Shown: in pieces, positions 11,231-27,091 of the stretch
Layout: each line of letters starts with the position of its first letter
Position numbering within the stretch: position 1 is the first letter of the stretch
Origin: Spizellomyces punctatus DAOM BR117
Taxonomy: Eukaryota
Assembly (NCBI GenBank): GCA_000182565.2
Contig: KQ257456.1
Strand: one strand, 5' to 3'
DNA length: 64,000 nucleotides
Made by a program: the position numbers and the translations under genes
Notes under the pieces: model-generated
Seen by the model: only the letters and a program-made list of their open reading frames with translations
The model's database searches: none
What the model was told of the DNA's origin: nothing

Positions 11231-12656
11231 TCAACGGGAATCCACGCTAGCGCTTCGCCTCCTGCGATAAGGCGACGGAGACCGACGTCGACGAGGCGAG
11301 TAAGATGGTTCCCTACGGCGACGGTAGTCGCGGTCGCGATCGTCATAATCGCGACGGTAGCCACCTCGAGAGCGTGAGCCTCCCCTGTCGAGATCCCTAC
11401 CCATGTAACGGCCGGGTGTAGGGCTGTGGGGCCGCTGAGTCAAAGAGAAATCGACTCGCATAGGCCGGTCATGCAGGAACTATTATCACAATAAGGAAAT
11501 ACAGGGCTTGGTTAGCCTGTTTGGATTCCCACGAAAAGCCCACCAAATAGGACATACCGTTCCGTTGAGTTCCTGCCTGGCTGCAGTAGCCCCTTCGACG
11601 TCCGCAAAGGTAATGAATCCAAAGCCACGAGACTTCCGGGTCTGTAAAAAAATGTTACGAGTTGCACAACACTATACAAGACAGTGAGCATCAGAAAGAC
11701 CCACCCAATGGTCGTAGATAATTGTGCAGCTCTCGATACGGCCATAAGTGCTGAAGAGCCTTTCAAGGTCTTCTTCTTGTGTATGCAAACTCAACCCAAA
11801 CACACCAAGAACTTTGCTTGGCGTAGGATGTTCCTGAGAGGACCAAGTCAATGTTAACTTGACTGCAGGTGTAAGGCGGCGATCAAATTGTTCACCAACC
11901 CTGTCTTCACGAGGTCCCCTGGGAGGACGGGGAGGTGCACGTCGGCCGTAAGGAGATCGGGAGCGACTTCTTGACCTCGACCTAGAACTGAGAGAAACAT
12001 CCGTTAGAGTGTACAAGAATTGCAGATCTTGCACCAACATTTTTAACTTTACCGGTGGGATCTGAATGTCGACAAGAATCCGAGAAGCAATGCATGAAGA
12101 AAGCAAAGAGCCTTTTAGAACTTGAACGGATGGCAATTACAAAGCGTCATCGTCTGTAGATGTTCTGTCGCGTTCTTTCAGCGTAGACAATTCTTTATGT
12201 TTTGACATGCTTCTGCTTCAAACGCCTTCACATGTTCTTTCTTGCGACGCGTGAAGGTTGATGCTTCTTGCGTTCTTTCCGCTTCAAAGAGACATCTTGA
12301 AGAACTGTTCCCATTTCTTTCCCTTCCTTCCCTAGCACTTTCTGCGTTTTTTCTCGGTCATGAACCGTGATGTTGCCTTATTCTTCGCTTCCTTCCCAGA
12401 CTATTTTGTTCTCTACCCATGAACACAAAAGGACACCATCAAACCACACCACCAAGGGTTGCGTTCCAAACTCTCTAACACACTCTCCCGGTGCAGTGAG
12501 GAGTATTACTACATACCTCCGCTTTGTGTACCTGTCCCGTGAAGGGCTGCGGCTCCTGCTGCGGTCACGTCCACCACTTCGCTTTTTCTCACCGCGAGGA
12601 CTGCGGGAGCGAGAGCGCGAAACAGACCGGGCCCGTGGAGACCGTTCCTGAACCAT
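11231..12656 (-). CDS. TRA2: Transformer-2-like splicing regulator (RS-RRM-RS)
   Basis: N-terminal RS domain, [23 protein letters not shown], and [20 protein letters not shown] (Tra2-specific motif), followed by a C-terminal RS/RD domain. Confidence 0.92.
12053..12412 (-). other. Candidate AGAA-rich poison cassette exon inside TRA2 intron 1
   Basis: TAG acceptor at 12413-12415, about 13 AGAA motifs, in-frame TGA at 12358-12360, candidate donors GTAATT (12140) or GTAAAG (12052). Confidence 0.6.
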
Positions 12657-13084
12657 TTGAGCTCCAATGTCAATACACGGCGTAGATGTTACCGCTTGCT
12701 AGAGTGCATACTTACGCTGTGGCCGTTCATTGCTAGTGTTGGAAAATGCTTGAAAAAAAAACGCTGCCGGGTTGATCGTCGAGATCAGAAACTTTCTCCC
12801 AACCTCCATCAACAAAAGGGGGGTTGGCCACAAATTGAAAGCGCAGTTCACGTGCTCTCATTTGATCGAATTACTGCGCCACATTAGCTAATATATTATC
12901 AAATATCGCGTTGTTTTCGTGTGGTGGAACGCTGGCAGCTGTAGTGCCCCCAACTGACTCGCTCAAATCGGGACGGTTGGCCCTAATGCCACTGGTCCAT
13001 TTTTTTCCAGTTTTGCTCGAATCGTAAGGAGCTTATAAGCGCTTGCCAAGTGCTGGTCGCTTGTTATCCTTCCTGCTCCTCGCC

Positions 13085-13453
13085 ATGTCCGGTAACGCCT
13101 TCACGTCCCTTACGTCCGCAGCCCTCATTTCCCTTAGCATTCTGGGTTCTGCATACATTGTTACCCATCCCAACCTTACAGTACCAACAATTTCTTCGAT
13201 TGTCCCTACAGCGGCTTCGAAAGCAGAGGTCCCAGTTTCTAAGGCATCCCAGTTGGCAAAAAATGCGTCCGCTGTATTGAGCAAAAGGGCTGGTGCGATC
13301 ATCATGGGTGCAATCGTCACCGTTGGTCTAGGTCTAGGAGTTGTCTCCTACAGAAGGAGTAAGTCACCTCTGATATGTTATTAAACATGTGTAATGTACT
13401 GACAAAAAGCTGGTGTAGAGCGGTCAAGCATCCCCAAACCCCCCAGAAAATGA
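13085..13453 (+). CDS. Small two-TM membrane protein of unknown function
   Basis: MSGNAFTSLTSAALISLSILGSAYIV... and GAIIMGAIVTVGLGLGVVSYRR; a GTAAGT..TAG intron leads to KRSSIPKPPRK stop. Confidence 0.6.
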
Positions 13454-13815
13454 TCGGGGTGCATTCCCTGCCATTTCACAAAACAGAAAATCACATTAGT
13501 CGTATCCTATTTTTATATATACTGCTAGCAGAACTCTGAGACTATTGTTTTAACCTAGGCACAATGAACGAAATATAATAGATGTAGCAAAGAGTTGTTC
13601 ATTGGGGTGGATAGATTACTTCTTCATTCTTGGTTACTTGAATTACCTGTCCTAATGACAACATCTCCAACCTCAATCCGCCGACGGTATGCTCGAGGGA
13701 AGGTCTGGCTCGAAGGATGGCGATGACTCAGCCGTTGGTATATCACGTGATGTCGACTGAGCCCGTAAAGCTCTCCTCGCTGGTCAAAGGTCGATCTTGC
13801 TTCCACTAGCTTACC

Positions 13816-16746
<2,931 letters not shown>

Positions 16747-17484
16747 CAAAAACACAATAAACACTATGTCTTATTGGACATGAAATTGCCCCCATTGTGA
16801 AAAGTTATGACAGCGCCTGCTGTCTGTATCTGACATGACATTAGGAAATTTATGGAATGTTTTGATGCTCGAGATCGACCCTTTGACCCTGAAGGGAGCC
16901 CTTCACCCCTGTTGAGATCTGTAACTTTGGGTGTGAAGTTATGGATTTTTGAATGTTTTGACGGTCGTATTGCCCCGGTTGCTTTCATAGTGGTTTTGTG
17001 ATGTCCTCCTTTTTTCTCGTCACCCATTGATGATTTTATAAAAGACTAGTCTGCAAACTCCAAACCCCAGTCGCAGGGTATTCCACCACAGCCCGACCAG
17101 TCTCAGCACGTCATCACGTCACTCTGACCGACAGAAGTCCCCACGACTCCTTGGTTCCAAGACGTAAGGTGAGCCAAGCTTCACAATTCATAAGCCTCTT
17201 GTGACAAGTCTTAACGGACATTTTGCATGCATTGTCATTGCCATCTCATCCAGATACAGTTTTGCGCGTTGAATGACAATTTGCCCTGCGAGGTATTTCG
17301 AGAGCGGTGGACAAGAGACCTTTGAAAGGATTTGTCTCGTTGACATAACAGGAATAATAAGCAAAGCATCTGAACCGATAATATCATCTCTGGCATTCGT
17401 CAAGCGACTTTGTCACAAAGTCAGTTTCATCTGCAGGTTGTTGAGAATCTCCCGCGCGCGGTTTGCTCTGCCATTGTCTTCAGT

Positions 17485-20400
17485 ATGTCAACACCCCCAC
17501 CGGACACTGTTCATGCACCAACACCATTCCTCTACTGTCCCGGTCCCATCTTTTTTCCCAACCTTCACGTCTTCTCGCCATGCTTCCTACACACGCTCAT
17601 TCCTACTATTCTGATCCTGTATCTCCTCGCCGTTCATATCTACCGTCGCTGGTTTCCAGCAGGCGGAAACCAACCGTCGATACATATATCGTCTGATGGG
17701 AGAACCAGAAACGGGAATGATTGGTCTTTTGGGCGGTTTCTGGGACGAACATCATGGTTTTGGCGGAGACGGAGTGGGCGAAATGGCCATCGGGGATCTG
17801 GTAACGTCGCAGGGCGGGGGGATCAAGGGTTGTATGCCCATGAAGTGGATGCAGAAGATGAGCGGTTACTGAATGGCGATGGTGAGTGATTTGTATGCTT
17901 TCGGGACGGTGCGGCAAAGCCGTTGCAAGGGCAGCGAGGAAGACTGACGGAAATGTTTCTTCTATAGTGCCAAATAACCTCGACCCAGAAGATCTGGTGA
18001 CGGAGGGGGAGGTAGGGCCAGACGAGAGCGTGGGAGAATCCTTGGCGGAAACTCCTCCGACGCCGACATCAGAGGCGCCGTCCGGTGTGGTGCACGGGAT
18101 TCAAATATCGCCGGCATATCAGCGACTTGTCAACATGAGCTATACCTTGGTCATATTCATTATTCTTGCTCACACCTTTGAGGCTCTATGGATTGCCGGA
18201 CGCTTCCTCCCAAATAGCTCTAAGATGCCGCCATTCGAGACGCCGCGACCACCCGTGTACTATATAAGTATATATTCGCTCGTCGTCATACCATGGATTG
18301 TGCACTATCGTGAAATGCTACGTGATGGGAAGCAAACCGGATTGAGTTTCAGCATATCGTTCCAAGCCGGGCCGGCATCGGGACGAATCAAAGGGTTCTG
18401 GGTACTAGCATTCATTCTGTATCTTATCGAGCTAGCACACATCATTGTGTATTTGAGACACACGCCCACCATTGGGGATGAGTCTGCTTACACCTTCTCT
18501 ACAGCGTTCGTCATAAGCTTCTTCGTTCGGTTGTCCCTAGTCTCAATCCTGCTTGTTCTGGCTGCGGCCATCGATGTCCATGCGAGGGCTGTGCAGGCCC
18601 AAGGCAGTTACTATATCGACGCCGAGTCCGGTGGCCCAGGTTCTACCGAAACACCTATTCCCGATATCTACCAGCCGCCGACGACGTTCGGAGAGTTTGC
18701 AGCTCATTTCAAAAAACTCTTGCCGTTTATATGGCCCAAGGGAAAGCACGCTCTCAAGCTTCAAGTTATGATCGTCGCGTGCTTCGCATTGCTCATAGTG
18801 GGGCGAATCATCAACCTTCTCGTCCCGCTTCAGTATAAGCGGGTTGTCGATGCACTTGGTGGATCCTTTGGGTTTAAGGACGGAAAAGATGAAAAAGGGT
18901 TGGCTGGGAGTCAACCAGAAGACATCCCTTATGGAGATATATTATTGTTTGTGTTTCTTCGGTTCATGTCGGGTGGTGTTGGACTTTTGAGTACTTTGCA
19001 GTCATATTTGTGGATCCCAGTGGGACAGGTAGGTGATTCGATAGTCCTTTCCGGCATAGCGGGAACCTCATGGTGGTCGTTTTTTCTTGAAAGTACACAA
19101 CCCGCCAAATATCGGTCAAAATGTTTGAGCACTTGCACAAGTAAGGGGAATGCAATTGGTCCCAAGTTCAGCAGATGCTAATTATGGCTTTTACAGTCTA
19201 TCCCTGCGTTTTCATTTGAATCGCAAAACTGGAGAAATATTGCGAGTACAAGGTGGGAAAATAGTGGGTATGATTTGAGGTCAGATTCGCCCGCTTAACT
19301 GCCATCGTATCAGATCGAGGAGTTGCGAGTATTGTCTCTCTGTTTTCTTCCATTTTGTTTAACATCGTGCCTACACTGGCCGATATCGCAATTGCGTGCT
19401 TTTATTTCACAATTGAGGTACGATTATTTGTCGTTCGTCATGTTGATATGCAGTAGACCTTACGATTCCCTCTTCCGTGCCAGTTCGACATGTATTTTGG
19501 GTTTATCGTGTTCACAACAATGGGATTGTACATTTTTTGCACAATCATCATCACGGAGTGGCGTACAAAGTATCGTCGTATTGCAAACTTGTTGGACAAT
19601 GCAATGGAAGCCAAGGCGGTCGACTCCCTGCTCAATTTCGAAACTGTAAAATACTATAATGCCGAGGAGTTTGAGGTTGACCAGTACACCAAGGGTATGT
19701 CAATGATTTAGATCAACCGTCATGTTCTTGACATCGTACTGAATGCGGCATCTCTCTGTAGCTGTCAAAGAGTACCAAAAGGCTGACTTCACGTCAAGCA
19801 TGACATTATCTGTGCTCAACACTACTCAAAATGTCATTATTCAAGTTGGGCTACTGGTTGGCTGCCTGCTTTGTGCCAAACGCATCGTGTACGACAAAAC
19901 AATGACGGTGGGGGATTTTGTACTGTATCTTAGTTATATCACCCAGTTGTATGGGCCATTGAACTGGTTTGGGGTAAGTTACCTGGAACCTTTGATAAGC
20001 TTACTGACGTCTAATCGTTGGGGCTCGCTTTCTTTCCGGCGCCAGAATTACTACCGCGTCATCCAGGTAAGGCTGCATGCTTGGTTAATGGACAGGATGC
20101 GCATACTTATTTTTCCGTGCAGAAAAACTTTGTCGACATGGAGAAGATGCTGGACCTATTCAAAGAACCCGTTGAAATCGATGACCCGCCGGAACCCAAG
20201 CCTCTGATAGTGAAGGGTGGTGAAGTTGTCTTTGGTATGGCTGGCGCATGACATATCGAGGAAGTTCAGAATTGCGTACTGACGTTGAGTTCCCATAGAT
20301 AAAGTGTCGTTTGCGTACGATCCGCGTCGACCTGTGCTGGAGGATGTTTCGTTCAAAGCCGAGCCGGGGTCGACTATTGCACTTGTAGGACCTTCTGGAT

Positions 20401-21702
20401 CAGGAAAATCGACGATCCTCCGACTGTATGTCTACCTGTAAAATGTTGTCCTTGCTTGCACGTTTCGGCTGCTGATTGCGTAATGGTTAGATTGTTCCGT
20501 TTTTACGATATACAGCAAGGGAGCATTAGCATCGATGGGGTCGATATACGAGATGTTAGGCAAAAGGCTCTTCGAGGGAGTATCGGAGTTGTGCCGCAGG
20601 TATGTAAAATCAGTGTATTCATCTGTCTGGACATGCTGTGACGCATTAATCGACCAGGACACGGTTTTGTTTAACGATACCATTAAATATAATCTGCTGT
20701 ACGGTCGACCGGGAGCATCGGATCATGAAGTGTTTGTTACTGCAGAGGCGGCGCAGATTCATGATAGGATTTTAAGCTTTCCTGATGGTGCGTAGAATAA
20801 TCGTACTGATGCTTACCAGATTTACTGAGACTCTGTGGCACAGGGTACGAAACAAAGGTTGGAGAGCGTGGGCTGCGACTGAGCGGTGGCGAAAAGCAGG
20901 TTCGTATCAAGTACTTCCAACTACTTTGCCTGTGTGGGGACTGAACCGATTTCCATTCCCACAGCGAGTAGCAATTGCACGGACGCTGCTCAAAAATCCA
21001 GCCATCATCCTACTGGATGAAGCAACATCTGCCTTGGACACAAGATCCGAGGCGGCCCTCCAAAGTGCGTTACTGACTCGTTCCCGCACTACCATCGTCA
21101 TTGCACACCGCCTCTCGACCATTGTCAACGCCGACCAAATTCTCGTCCTAAAGGAGGGCAGAATTGTCGAGCGAGGTACACATGAGTCCTTGATGCGCAT
21201 GAGGGATGGTGTCTACTTTGATATGTGGATGAAGCAGCTGAAGGATGAGCAGGGGTTGGGTGGCCTGGCTAGTATGACTTCAATGGATCGGTGGCTATCG
21301 TCTACTCCTAGTGTAGAGGAGTTGAAGGATGATGATCACGATGTCGAGGAGGGAGAGGGCGAGACGGAAGAGGCGACAAAGGCCAAAAGGGAACCGACGA
21401 ACTGGGAAGAGGTTAAGGATGCAGAGCAAGCTGTGAATGAGGATGTTCCATACGAGACTGAGCATATATCAAAGCCAAAGGAGGACGTAACTCCATCCGT
21501 AATGCGAGAGGAGTGTCCATCAAACGGCTCACCAAGACCAAGTGTTCTTACAAATCACGAAGAAGACGACGGCGACGTTGCAACGGAAAATGGGACAAAT
21601 GGAAGAGAGTCTGTTGCGTCTACAGGGAGCGCCAAGCGGACTAAGAAGAAGAAGAAGGGAAAGAAGGGAAAGGGAAACGTGAATGGGGGAGGAGGTGCCT
21701 AG
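17485..21702 (+). CDS. HMT1: Half-size ABC transporter, HMT1/ABCB6 type (heavy-metal tolerance)
   Basis: Extended N-terminal TM region, [35 protein letters not shown], Walker [23 protein letters not shown] and [11 protein letters not shown]. Confidence 0.88.
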
Positions 21703-21874
21703 TGAATGTATGAGTGTACAGCGCAAGGGCCCCTGTGATCGTATGATAGCACAACAACTGTGAATACATCGCACTTCTGCATCGATTTATCTTGTTCACG
21801 GTTATGCGAGACTATTGCAAGCACTTGTGCACATATTTATTTATTCAACTTTTCTCATTACAGCATATGACTTT

Positions 21875-24800
21875 TTAAATGGCGAAAACAACTTTTCCCA
21901 AAGTCCGATAATCGACCTTATCCAAATTGGCATTCATCGCAAAGCGTTTGGCGATAAGGTAAAGCTCTTTCGTTGTCAGTTGGACATGTGGGCTGACAAG
22001 ATTCTGGAGAACTGCCGGGGATACTGTGCCTGCAGGAGTTAAAATCAGGTTCACATCTACCAGCCAAAACAACAAAATGGACAGTAAAGACAAAGTAGTA
22101 ACATACCATCTCGCGCAATATCGTTGTCCTCCAGCTGCTGTTGGATATCCCCCCATCTCTGCCCAATTCTTGTCTTTACTTGCTCCAAAACTCCTTTTAA
22201 CGTCCATTCTTCATCCACCGTCAACGCCAACTCCTTGTCGCTCTGGTCACCCTTTCTCATCACCGCAACATGCTTGTTTGTTCCGCTCTCAGCACATGCC
22301 GGACGCGGTTCGCATCTTTCAGGAGGGAATGGGTCAGGCTCGGCCGTCGGGTTGCTTTCCAATCCTTGTTTAGTGAACACAGATTCGATCTCGGATGTAA
22401 AGTTTGTGTATGTGACTTCTTGAGGGGAGTTGGGAGTTTGGTAGAGTGTTGCGAGCGTTGTGAGCTCGGGCTGCGGTTTTTGCTGGTGTTAGCTTGCATC
22501 TGAGGATAAGCAAAGAATCTGAACGTATACCTCGGTCAAATCAGCAAAGAGGACTTTGAGCGCTCGTTTGAATTCTGACTTGGTCACTCGGCCGTGGTGA
22601 AGAAGATCAAAATCGCTCACAAAGTCTGCTACACGGATGCGCTCTGTTTTTGCCTAAGGCGACAGATGGATATAATGACGGGTCACGATTGTGCACTTAA
22701 CAAGGAAGGTGCAAGTATATACCTTGGTCTTGATCCTCATCAGCAAGTCATGAATTTCTTGATCGGACAGCGGGATGCGGCTCGTAGCAAAATCCCCCTG
22801 TGGGGTTTTGATCGAGGTGAGGAAGATTGGTTGCAGGATGATTCGTTCATGGCGTACCTCATGCGTTGTTGTTGACCCTTCTTTGATCGCCTTGTCTATC
22901 TTGCCTGGTGTCGTAAGTGTGGTTGAGCTTATCGTCGGGCGAACAGGCGACGTCTGCTCCCGCAGCTCAAAAGGTACACCCTCCTCCAGCTCCCTTAGAA
23001 ACGTTACGTAGCAGATCCGCTGAGTATTATCCTGGATGTAATCCCAATTCATCGCAGCATCTTTGATATAATCTTTTGTCGACGCCCCTCTGGAAGCGGC
23101 ATCGACGAGTTTCCGGTTGTCGATGATGGAACTTGCATCGACGCCTGATGCAGCGCCCGTCAAGGGACCAGTGGCTTTGAGGTAGCTCTTGGAAAGAATG
23201 GCGAATTCTTCGTTGGTGAGCGGGCAACGGATGTGAGAGAGACATTGACGGAATTGAGATTTGGTCACATAGCCTGTTCGAAGCTGTTGTGGGTTTGCTG
23301 AGTGAGCCCTGATGTAATGTAGGGACTGATACACTTGCAGCACCTACCTTGTCAAAATCTTTGAAAAAAGGTTTAATGCTCGTCTGCCTCACCTTCAGGA
23401 AGTCACGCAGGGTTTGAAGTGTATCCTGCAGGACTTGGTGTTCCTGCTCTGTAAGTGATTTGTGCGTCAAGAATGGGTCGGGCTGAATGGGAGCTGGTTG
23501 CGGCGCAACCGAGGGTCGGGACTCTAAGTGGCTCTCGCCAAATACTGTAGAATTGGGTTGAATATCGTCTTCGCCGCAGAGGGAAAGGAAAAGACCATTT
23601 CAATTAACACACACCTCGTTCCACATCTTCCTCAAACACCTTCCATCGGCAACAGCCCTTCCGTTTACTATCCGCATATGCATCAACCAAAATGGTATAC
23701 TCGTTATCAGAAAGTGGGACACCAATGCGGTTGATACCCCGAACAAATTCCTTGCGCGGGATAGAATATGAACGGAGTTTGTCGACATCGCGAAAGAATT
23801 CAGAGACCCTGACACGCTTTTGAAGGACGTGAGTGCGGATGGTGTTTAAAAGGATTTCTAGAGAAGGTAGTTGCTGGGGAGGTGGGGAGGTGTTTGTTGT
23901 GTTAGCGAGGGCTCCAGAGGATGACGCCGCCTTCCGAAGGTCGTCAACATATGCTCCATAGGCTGGGTCGAATAATGCGAAACCATTAGACAACATCATT
24001 CAGAGGTCAAAGCAGAATCTCAGAACCCAGCTATGCAGACTTAAACTCACTCTCAGGGTCAACAGCGCGAACAAACTCCATATAATTAATCTGGCCGCAT
24101 TCCCGATCCTCAAACTTCTTAAACAGGATATGTAAATCCCGATCAGACAAATCGAGTCGCATCGTCGAGAGAAGGCGAGTAAAATGCGATCGTGTAACTC
24201 TGCCGATGGTATTCTTGCCGAGGTACTGCACCAGAGGTCTAGTGAGTGATCTGTGGATTGAGGAAGTAGAAGTGGGGAAACCAACCATGTCAAAATCCTT
24301 AAATAGTGGCTCCAGGAGGAGGTGTCGTTCCCTGATTAGAAAATGGAGACGGTCGAGAAGTTGAGCACAGCGGGATTCTTCTTCGGGTGGGAGTTGGTTG
24401 GGACCCTATGGCCATTGCATCAGATATGACTGAAGGATTGGGTTATCACCACTTGTCGATCGAACCTGCACCAAATCCTCTCGAGCAATGGGCCCCACTT
24501 CTACAAGAGGTTGCTTCTCGAGATGGTTGATCGTAAATACTGGATTGCATTGTGTGAGCAACTAGAATACAATGTCATAACAGAGCTAGTGACGCACCTG
24601 TATCTATCGACTCGCAAAAACTCCTATACAAGACTTGCTTCTCAGAGTCTTCATATACAGCAAGTAAGGCCTTCATTTCCTCTTCTTTAAGACGCAACGA
24701 TGCGAGACAGAGTCCGGCACGGAACTGTACACCAACACATACGGCCATTAAGCCAAAGAGGAATTGGAGTAGTGAAGATAACCAAGAGATACCTGGGCCT

Positions 24801-26276
24801 CGGAAACAAGTCCATTATTATGTCGGTCATAGTCTCTGAAGAATTCGATCAAGCGGATCCGATCTTTGTAAACGCCTGGATCCGGAATGGAGCGCTAAAC
24901 ATCTACAGACACTTATTGAAAAGATGCGAAGGACACCTACGCTTCTTTATTTTATCCTCAACTTCGATCCATGATGGCGATTGCGCACCATATGTCTGCT
25001 TGGAAGGGTAGATGAGTTCCTCTGTACCGACTGGGACGTATTGAGCGTGGTAAGCATCTTTCGGATGTTTTTCAATAAGACCCGTGTCGTCAGCGCGTGG
25101 TCTTCGAACTGTGCCAAAAAGTTTAGAACGTTCAGTGATTGTGACAAATCGGGTCCCTCAGGAAAGTAACATGACGCACTCTTTCGATTCACATCTGTGT
25201 TGAGTTTGAAATAATTTACTGTATCTTCTGTGCTGTACTGTTCGATTAACATATCTTCTTCTTCTAGACTCAAGAGGTTTTGCGGCAAGCCTCTGCGAAA
25301 TTGGTTGATGGTAACATATCCTGCGAGTACCTTACATTCAACAAAGCTGACGGTGGGTTTTATGAACTGTATCAATATCATACCATTATTGTGCTTATCA
25401 AAGTGCTTGAACCAGGTTTTGACATCCGAGCCATGCCATTTGACAAATGATCGAAGCTTGGTAATAATCCCCTGAAGGAGAGCTTCAGATGTTGGGGACA
25501 AGGCTCGGAACGGCTTTACCACTGCGATCTCGTGTTAGAAGGCTTGTACGATTGATGACGGTTGCCGATATGCTCGTGCTCACCCTCTTTCGGATGTGGA
25601 ATCTGCTGAGTCGGGGTCTGTTCGAGTTTCTTTGCGCCAAATACTGTGGTACTCTCCGTTACTCTACTTTCAATTTACTCCATTGTAGGTATCCAATGTC
25701 TTGCTCACCCTTATCAATGCTGTCCACAAACGCCGTCCACTTGATCATTCGATTGGCTTTAACATCATATGCGCCCATCAAAACCTCAAATTCTTGCTCC
25801 GTGAGCGGGCACACCACACCCTTATGTAGCATTGCCCCTAGACATCTCCTAAACTGGGTCGCTGTCATGTACCCTGATCGAAGGCGGTCGAAATCAATAA
25901 ACAGGTCCGCCACACGGATACGCTGGGCAAAGACGTGGGCGCGAAGTTTGTTTTCGACTTGCTCTACCGACGGAGGAGGACATTTAGACTGGAGGGCAAA
26001 ATATAGTTGTGGGGGGCGGGGAGTGGATGTTGAGCCGTAGGCGCCAGCTTTACCGGCTGGGATAGATGCAGCGGGTGTGGGGAAAGCTCCCAATGGAGCA
26101 GTATGTGGTTCTGGATATCTAATGGCTGGAAGTTTGACTGTTTCGCGAAGGGGTATAGGGTCGTGCTACGAACATTGAGCTACTGATTAAGCCAAGAGAC
26201 GATAGATGAATTCTACCTTTCAACACATTCTGTAATAACTTACACCCATTGACAGAGCCAATGCAGCAGGAGCCAT
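21875..26276 (-). CDS. Large protein with repeated EF-hand pairs (EFCAB6-like, probably ciliary)
   Basis: At least six repeats of F.DFD.(LR)..G..T..QF.R.L followed by I.Y..F (e.g. FIDFDRLRSGYMTATQFRRCL, FKHFDKHNNGYVTINQFRRGL, FRDVDKLRSYSIPRKEFVRGI). Confidence 0.75.
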
Positions 26277-27091
26277 ATTGCCGCGAGAAGTCAAACAAGA
26301 ATAATAAAAACTAGCCAAAAAGATGAAAAAGAATAAAATCCATCAAAATAAGCTAGTTATTTCATATTTTGGGTGACAAGGAACAAGAAAATCTCCGAGA
26401 AGAAAGTCGTCGGAGTTTTAACCGATACTTTATGACCAAGGCCAGGGCAAAGAGCGAGACCCATGAATCCACAAAGGATCAGAAATGCTACTTGTCTGCA
26501 GACCAAGATTGCAAATGGCATGATATGTCAAGCTAGAGTACTTGCGATATGCAAGCACGTAAAGCCAACGCAAGCAAAAGTGGAAATCATGATCAAAGTT
26601 AATGGCCACAACGAGGAATAAACCAAGGAAGCATCCTTACAATCCTTTTGATATTCTATACTATTTCCTACATTCTGGTCGGTCGAAAGATGAAAATAAC
26701 CAGAAACTATCATTAAAACTGCCCGTCCAAAGTTTTGATGATTTGTCTCGTTCTCGATCTACTTCAAAGCGCAGACAAAAAGTGAAAAGGAAAATACATC
26801 GCCTTGCCCCTTTTGTTTTCTTGTTGTCCTCAACCTGCCCGTCTTCCTTTTATTCCTTCCTTTCGCCTTTCTTGCTGCTCGGCCCGTTTCGCTTTTGCGT
26901 CCGCCGTCCTTGTTGACTTTCGCCGCTTCAAAGTTCTCGAAGGCTGCTGTGCCACCATCACGCTGACAAGCAACTCCGAACTCTTTGGCTACGACCGCCT
27001 TGCGCTTTTATAGACGTTTTGCTTGCTAGATTTCCCCCAGCCGCCATCACTCACCTGCGCCTTCCACTGCTGTTGATGACACCTGTTACAT

